Shown here in pieces: positions 60,013 through 64,000 of a stretch of 64,000 bases of DNA (its first letter is position 1; each line of letters begins with the position of its first letter). The notes beneath the pieces were generated by a model. That model ran no database searches. It was not told where the DNA came from and saw nothing but the letters and a program-made list of their open reading frames with translations. Origin of the DNA: Selaginella moellendorffii. Lineage: Eukaryota; Plantae; Lycopodiophyta. Both the position numbers and the translations under genes were made by a program. The stretch covers positions 3,468,443 through 3,532,442 of the forward strand of contig NW_003314265.1 in assembly GCF_000143415.4 (NCBI RefSeq), written 5' to 3'.

Positions 60013-60258
60013 TATAAGTAAGCTTTGCTGCTTAGCTATCTAACTATTCTAGCTCTTATTCTTCTTTTCTATTAAACAAAACTGCTATATATTCTTGCAT
60101 GTTGAAGCAAATCTTTGGCAAAATTAATCGATAGCTTGTTTGACTACATCGATGTCCAGAATCTTGTGGGGGCTTTTGACGGCTGAGATTGGCTATCAAC
60201 GGTAACTTTGTGCCAGCAAAGGGTTGGGATTTAGGGTTTCTAGAGATCCTCGTCGAAG

Positions 60259-61596
60259 ATGCTCAAGTTTTTCAAGAAGAAGACCACTGCCAAAGGTGGA
60301 GCCACATTGTTTTCTCGTTCCCACGCGCTCTTCTCTGACCTAGCCTCTGGATTTCAGATGCGTTGCGGACGAGCAAGAGGGAGATGGCGGTGGCGACACG
60401 AGGTATTTGGGGTTTTCCTTGTCCGGGAGGTCACTGACATTGGGAAATCCAGGGATTGAGCGAGAGATTGGGAGCCTGCAGCTCGAGGTATGAAACTTTG
60501 GCCAGGAAACAACGGCTTTTTCCCTTGTTCACGGTGGATTTGAGCCTTGAATTTGTCCAGGAGAAGAAGCTTGTGGCCGAGATTAAGAAGACTGCCAAGA
60601 GTGGAAATGAGGTACTTGCTCTTACAGTTCTCTGGAAGAAGTTTTAATGTGTGTTTGTGTAATGGGATCGAGCAGGCAGCAGTGAAAATCCTTGCCAGGC
60701 AACTTATCAGGCTTCGGCAGCAAATAGCAAAGCTTCAGGGAAGCCGGGCACAAATGCGGGGTGTTGCCACACACACTCAGGTTAGCAGCTGAGAAAAAAA
60801 AGAAGATTTAAGATGTCTAAGTTTTGAGCCACTGACTGTTGATGGATTGATTGCTTGTTCCAGGCTATGTACGCGAATACTGCTGTTGGTGGAGCAATGA
60901 AAGGAGCTAATAAAGCCATGGAAGCCATGAATAAGGTCGGTCAGATAGATACTTCTTCCTCCTCTGAGAATTTTAAGTTTAGTTCGTCTCCCTTTCGGTG
61001 TCGTCCAGAGTTTCCAGTTTTTCTTGCTTTCGGCTATGGCTTCCAGCTTTGCTAAGTAGCTCTCTTTTGCTTTCTTTCCTCTCGCAGAAAATGGAGCCTT
61101 CGAAGCAAGCTAAAGTAATGCAAGAGTTCCAGCGGCAGTCCGCGAAAATGGATATGACGGTACATTTCCTGTTTTCTTTGATGCTGCATAGCGAGCGGTT
61201 AAAATTCTTTCTTTTATTCTTCCATCGCTTTCCCAGACCGAGATGATGTCGGATTCCATCGACGATGCACTAGACAATGACGATGCCGAGGAGGAGACCG
61301 ACGAGCTCACAAACCAGGTACACAAATCACTTGAGCTTCGTTTCCCCACTCTCTCTGACAAGCCGACCAGGTACTCGACGAGATTGGAGTGGACATCGCA
61401 GCGCAGCTATCGTCGGCTCCCAGGGGAAAAGCCAGCAAAACGAGATCTCAAACTTTAGGAAGGTAATTCTCGTTCTCTCGACTCTCTTCTCGAAAGAAAA
61501 CGAAGGAAAAAACTCACTTTTTTTTCCTTTTCGCTGTTGTTTAGCTCCGGAGTGGACGATCTGGAGCAAAGGCTAGCTGCATTGCGGCATGTTTGA
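60259..61596 (+). CDS. VPS2: ESCRT-III subunit VPS2 (CHMP2B / VPS2.2-2.3 type)
   Basis: 'EEKKLVAEIKKTAK', 'KILARQLIRLRQQ', 'MQEFQRQSAKMDMT', 'NQVLDEIGVD', MIM-like end 'DDLEQRLAALR'. Confidence 0.9.
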
Positions 61597-62073
61597 GCTT
61601 GAGCACGCTCACAGTGGTCTGTACTATAAAATATACGGTAATTTGTTAGCTTGAGTGTGGTAGCTTTTGGATAATCTACTAGGTGGAGTGGAATCTTCTC
61701 GATCGAAGTGGAAGAATATAAACTTTTCTCCTGGTCGTCACATAGATTCATTGTATTGTAGCTATTGTCACGGAGCTTTCGAAGGGGCAGCCGCATAAAA
61801 GCTGTTTCGTACGTAGGCCAGTGGTGGCCACACCTGTACGGCTTGCGAATTGTAAGATGGGACTTATCTCGTGCCTGGCCAGCATCGCAAATTGGCGCAA
61901 ACGTTAGCGTACAAAGTCGTACGAAACCAGGGCTGCCGTACACGTCGTGTGACGGTCCTATTTATGCTTGCCCTCCCTCCATAGCTTTTCATTCCTTGGA
62001 GGAGCTAAAGAGCTCCCTTCTCTCTCTCTCGTTATTTCTAGGTTTTTGTGGCGCCCGCGCGGAGCGATCGACC

Positions 62074-63961
62074 ATGTCGCGTCTCACGGATCTCGTCGAT
62101 CTTGACATCTCGTGCAGCAAGAAGGTGATCGCGGAGTACATATGGTGCGTCGCTCGGACAATGCCAGCTCCCCGTGCTCTCGTTCGTGCTGAGATTCTTG
62201 GATTTTGTTGGCAGGATCGGCGGATCGGGGATGGATCTCCGGAGCAAAGCCAGGGTGAGCGGCCGGCAGCCGGCATTGGTGGATCTTCTTGTTGTGTGAG
62301 CTTGCTCACTGTGTTTCTTCTCCTCCAGACCTTGGATGTCCCAAAGGTGGAAGATCTAAAGCAGATCCCAAAGTGGAATTTCGATGGCTCCAGCACGGGC
62401 CAGGCTCCTGGGGAGGACAGTGAAGTCATTCTCTAGTACGTTTTGCTCTTTTGCTCTCGAGGATAACTTCTAAAACTCTGCTTGTCTCCAGTCCCCAGGC
62501 GAAATTCAATGATCCATTCCGGAGAGGCAACAACATCCTCGTGAGTTTTCTCTTTGCTCTTGTCTTTCTCCTTTGCTTTCGTCTGACATTATATCCACTG
62601 GTTCCTTGGTCAGGTGATCTGCGATGCCTACACACCAACCGGCGAGCCAATCCCTTCGAACAAGAGGGCTGCTGCTGCGAAGATCTTCAGCCACCCGGAC
62701 GTTGCAAAAGAGGAGACATGGTAAAGTTTTCTCTTCCAGCTGAAAGGCCTGTTGTGATTTCCACTTCGTTTCCATTTTGAAGGTACGGGATTGAGCAAGA
62801 ATACACGCTCCTTCAGAAGGATGTGAAGTGGCCTTTGGGCTGGCCGATTAACGGATATCCAGGAGCTCAGGTGCGACCACAATCAATCCATTTCCTCCTC
62901 CTTTGCCTCAACTGATATTTTGTTTCTTCAGGGACCATACTATTGTGGAACTGGTGCAGACAAAGCCTGGGGCAGAGACATTGTGAACGCTCACTACAAG
63001 GCTTGCCTATACGCAGGAGTCAAGATCAGCGGCATCAACGGGGAAGTCATGCCGGGTCAAGTAAGAGCTTCGGAAGAGCATTCGTTTTTTTCTCGTTCAA
63101 GCTCTTATCGCTCGTTTTGTTGTGTTGGCCAGTGGGAGTTTCAGGTTGGCCCCGTCGAGGGGATCTCGGCCGGCGATCAACTCTGGGCCGCACGATACAT
63201 CCTCGAGGTGAAACTTACAATCCTGTGGAGATCGTTAACAAACGCTGGCTTTGTTTTTTCAGAGGATCACCGAGATTGCAGGGGTGGTCCTCTCATTTGA
63301 CCCCAAGCCAATCGAAGGAGATTGGAATGGCGCGGGTGCCCACACGAACTACAGGTATGCATCGTTGTTTGTTATTCTTTGTCTCGACGCTTGACTTTCG
63401 ATGAACAGCACCAAGTCGATGCGCGAAGAGGGAGGCTACGAGGTCATAAAGAGTGCCATCGAGAAGCTTGGACTGAGGCACAAGGAGCACATCTCGGCCT
63501 ACGGCGAAGGCAACGAGAGAAGACTCACTGGCAGGCACGAGACAGCGACCATTCACTCCTTCTCCTGGGTACGAAAGTTCTCTTTTTTTTTTCGTTCCAT
63601 TCAAAGCTCAAACTTTTACTCCAGGGCGTTGCGAATCGTGGCGCGTCTGTCCGCGTTGGTCGCGATACTGAGAAAGATGGGAAAGGTACGTATCACGCAG
63701 TAGGCATTTGCTAGACTTTCCGCATTGTTTTTTTTTTTTTTTCCAGTCAATATTCCATCTGCACGATCCAGGCTGAGATTGTTGACTGTGTGCTCCTTTT
63801 TCCTGGCACAGGATATTTCGAGGATAGGCGCCCAGCTTCCAACATGGATCCATACATCGTTACCTCGATGATCGCCGAGACCACAATCTTATACAAGCCC
63901 GGTAAGTTCTCCTTTGATTTTCCCCGTGTTTTCGGAGCTCACTCCTCTCGCTGCAGAGTAA
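62074..63961 (+). CDS. GLN1: Cytosolic glutamine synthetase GS1
   Basis: '[20 protein letters not shown]', '[19 protein letters not shown]', '[17 protein letters not shown]', '[10 protein letters not shown]', 'RRLTGRHET', '[15 protein letters not shown]'. No transit peptide. Confidence 0.97.
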
Positions 63962-64000
63962 GAGACACTTTCAGCAGCTGCAATAAATTCTTTTTGTTTT

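Noticed and set aside
31591-61596. AMSH and VPS2 (ESCRT partners) in one window as a functional cluster
   Set aside because: About 27 kb and many unrelated genes apart; most likely coincidence.

Overview
Gene-dense eukaryotic plant nuclear DNA. Very short introns (mostly 50-60 bp), tiny intergenic gaps, telo-boxes and SS-motif-rich PLS-class PPR genes point to a Selaginella-type lycophyte (inferred, not proven). About 25 genes or pseudogenes lie in this order: PLS-E PPR; frameshifted LRR receptor-like gene; SET/Rubisco-LSMT-like methyltransferase; a convergent pair of SGS3-like XS-coiled-coil-RING genes; PRP39; PWP2; a compact XRN; PLS-DYW PPR; DUF1645/AR781-like; AMSH; SS-type PPR; purple acid phosphatase relic and pseudogene; a small 3-exon gene missed by the ORF track; germin-like cluster around an EndoU gene; decayed LRR relic; 2OG-Fe(II) dioxygenase; RIN13-like; SS-type PPR; ADT; DRG; VPS2; cytosolic glutamine synthetase. 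Two candidates stand out. (1) The small gene at 39354-40035 encodes an N-terminal LEM-like/HeH domain, an AT-hook/NLS and a C-terminal transmembrane helix, an emerin/LAP2-like architecture of a kind plants are generally thought to lack. (2) The tail-to-tail paralogues at 7081-10917 fuse an SGS3-type XS RNA-binding domain to a C-terminal RING finger, suggesting RNA-binding E3 ligases. All exon structures were assembled by eye; no database searches were run.
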